DNA of 64,000 nt from an uncultured Candidatus Saccharibacteria bacterium (GTDB lineage: Bacteria; Patescibacteriota; Saccharimonadia; Saccharimonadales; UBA4665), in the NCBI GenBank assembly GCA_937892705.1, contig CALBGR010000021.1, positions 6,572-70,571 of the forward strand. Direction: 5' to 3'. The stretch's first letter is position 1, and the number at the start of each line of letters is the position of its first letter. A model generated the notes under the pieces. That model was not told the DNA's origin. It worked only from the letters and a program-made list of their open reading frames with translations, and searched no databases. The translations under genes were made by a program, and so were the position numbers. Shown here piece after piece: positions 62,209 through 64,000 of the stretch.

Positions 62209-64000
62209 CTATTTATCTTTCTTGTCAGTGTCTTTATCGTCAACAACTTCGCCTTCGATAGGCTCATCTTTGTCAGATTTTTTGTCGTCAGCTTTATCGT
62301 CAGCTTTTTCAGCATTTTCCTTGCTTGCAGCCTCATATAGCTTCGCACCAATCGGCATCAGTTTATCATTTAACTCCTTGGCTGCTGCCTCAAGCTTCTC
62401 TTTGTCAGATTTCTCATCACCTAATACTTTCTTAGCAGCTTCTATTGCATCATCTAAAGTCTTCTTGTCATCATCAGACAGTTTATCGCCGTTGTCTTTC
62501 TTGAGTTTTTCTGCTTGATAAATTGTACTGTCAAGTTGATTGCGAGCCTCAACCGTTTCGCGCTTTTTCTTGTCCTCTTCAGCATGCGCTTCGGCTTCTT
62601 TTGCCATTTTCTCAACTTCTTCCTTGTCAAGGTTACCGCTACCAGTAATCGTAATGCTCTGTTCTTTGCCAGTGCCCTTGTCTTTCGCGGTCACATTCAA
62701 GATACCGTTCGCATCGATATTAAAGGTAACCTCAATCTGTGGTACGCCACGAGGTGCAGGCGGAATACCATCGAGCACAAAGCGGCCAAGACTCTTGTTG
62801 TCCGCAATCATTTCGCGCTCACCTTGCGCAACATGGATCTCTACCTGAGACTGATTATCAGCAGCTGTTGAGAAGATCTCGCTCTTAGAAGTTGGGATAG
62901 TGGTATTACGTTCAATCAGCTTGGTCATCACACCACCCATCGTCTCAATACCAAGACTGAGCGGCGTTACATCAAGCAGCAGCACATCTTTCACATCACC
63001 TTGCAGCACACCACCCTGGATAGCTGCGCCAATCGCCACTACTTCATCCGGGTTTACACCCTTCATCGGCTCTTTACCAAAGATTTGCTTTACTTTTTCC
63101 TGTACAGCAGGCATGCGGGTCATACCGCCTACGAGCACAACCGCATCAATGTCACTTGCCTTAAAACCAGCGTCTTTCAACGCTTTTTCACATGGTTCAG
63201 CAGTCTTGTCAATCAAATCAGCCACCAAACTTTCAAGCTTAGCGCGGGTCAACTTGTGCTCAAAGTGTTTTGGACCTTCAGCATCAGCTGTTAAGAATGG
63301 TAGATTTATATCTACTTCCTGCGCTGTTGAAAGCTCAATCTTTGCCTTTTCAGCTTCGTCACGCAGACGCTGCATTGCAGCCCTGTCTTCTGTGAGATCA
63401 ATACCGTGCTCCTTCTTAAATTCATCAACAAAGTAGTTCACGATCGCACGGTCAAAATCTGCGCCACCCAAATGTGTGTCACCATTGGTTGCTTTTACTT
63501 CAAATACACCGTCACCAAGCTCAAGAATTGATACGTCAAATGTACCACCACCAAGATCGTATACTGCAATCTTTTCGTCGTCTTTTTCTTTATCCAAACC
63601 ATACGCAAGCGCTGCAGCAGTCGGCTCATTAATAATACGCTTTACTTCCAACCCAGCAATCTTACCTGCGTCTTTGGTAGCCTGGCGCTGAGAATCATCG
63701 AAATATGCAGGTACAGTAATAACTGCTTCTGTTACTTTCTCACCAAGAAAAGCTTCAGCGTCAGCTTTGAGCTTTGAAAGCACCATGGCGCTGATTTCTT
63801 CTGGGCTGTATTCCTTGTCGCCCATTTTTACTTTCACACCATTGCCGCTTTTGACGATCTCATACCCCATAAGCTTGAGATCGCGTTGCACCTCTTTGTC
63901 GTTAAATGTTCGGCCAATAAGACGTTTTACTTCATAAATTGTATTTTTTGGATTGGTAACCTGCTGACGGCGAGCTACCTGACCCACTAAACGTTCACCA
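62209..64000 (-). CDS. dnaK: molecular chaperone DnaK, 5' partial (N-terminus beyond window end)
   Basis: [30 protein letters not shown]. Lys/Asp-rich C-terminal tail. Confidence 0.97.
   Translation of the reverse strand, partial: GERLVGQVARRQQVTNPKNTIYEVKRLIGRTFNDKEVQRDLKLMGYEIVKSGNGVKVKMGDKEYSPEEISAMVLSKLKADAEAFLGEKVTEAVITVPAYFDDSQRQATKDAGKIAGLEVKRIINEPTAAALAYGLDKEKDDEKIAVYDLGGGTFDVSILELGDGVFEVKATNGDTHLGGADFDRAIVNYFVDEFKKEHGIDLTEDRAAMQRLRDEAEKAKIELSTAQEVDINLPFLTADAEGPKHFEHKLTRAKLESLVADLIDKTAEPCEKALKDAGFKASDIDAVVLVGGMTRMPAVQEKVKQIFGKEPMKGVNPDEVVAIGAAIQGGVLQGDVKDVLLLDVTPLSLGIETMGGVMTKLIERNTTIPTSKSEIFSTAADNQSQVEIHVAQGEREMIADNKSLGRFVLDGIPPAPRGVPQIEVTFNIDANGILNVTAKDKGTGKEQSITITGSGNLDKEEVEKMAKEAEAHAEEDKKKRETVEARNQLDSTIYQAEKLKKDNGDKLSDDDKKTLDDAIEAAKKVLGDEKSDKEKLEAAAKELNDKLMPIGAKLYEAASKENAEKADDKADDKKSDKDEPIEGEVVDDKDTDKKDK

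Noticed and set aside
1-64000. Alternative genetic code (UGA recoding, as in some CPR lineages), CRISPR arrays and rRNA genes.
   Set aside because: TGA terminates well-defined genes (for example glyA at 15757-15759 and the pilM/pilN/pilO junctions) and does not interrupt conserved proteins. No regularly spaced direct repeats and no rRNA-like conserved blocks were seen.
61886-64000. The dnaK-cutA-dnaJ order without grpE, considered as an anomaly.
   Set aside because: The gene order is unusual, but grpE may lie upstream of dnaK beyond the window end, so nothing can be concluded from this window.

Overview
A 64-kb chromosomal window from a small-genome, monoderm-type bacterium. Gene content suggests Patescibacteria/CPR, possibly Saccharibacteria-like: scattered mur genes, a secretin-less type IV pilus operon, a sortase, an RRM protein, and many short genes. 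That lineage call is inference only. The code is standard (code 11): TGA ends several well-defined genes and never interrupts a conserved one.

Most of the window is housekeeping:
- Cell wall and one-carbon metabolism: murD, murI, folD, murA, glyA, murB.
- Recombination and repair: recA-recX, ruvCAB, ku.
- RNA and protein housekeeping: rny-ymdB, tsaEB, yebC, dnaK-cutA-dnaJ.
- Seven tRNAs.

Four regions are not ordinary:
1. 23.5-28.5 kb: an operon encoding a Crp/Fnr regulator, an OmpR-type response regulator, an unannotated 35-codon ORF ending in PWWS, a 6-TM histidine kinase, and a 644-aa fusion of a squalene-hopene-cyclase-like DxDD toroid with a polyprenyl-synthase-like DDxxD domain. I read this as a candidate ComQXPA-like prenylated-peptide signalling module, which I regard as the most interesting item.
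2. 29.55-35.64 kb: a ~6.1-kb integrated element at the 3' end of tRNA-Pro. It carries a tyrosine recombinase, a large serine recombinase, an XRE regulator with an Rx4H (HEPN-like) protein, and a stand-alone MgsA_C-like protein.
3. 29.29-29.55 kb: a ~220-nt multi-hairpin intergenic element closed by a 13-bp helix and followed by a terminator. It is a candidate ncRNA of unknown class.
4. 12.8-14.3 kb: a MurA enzyme with an N-terminal XRE helix-turn-helix fusion.

At least five ORFs are broken exactly at short homopolymer runs, with both +1 and -1 changes needed to repair them. This points to assembly indel errors, or less likely phase variation. Apparent pseudogenes here should therefore be treated with caution. 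No CRISPR array or rRNA gene was seen.
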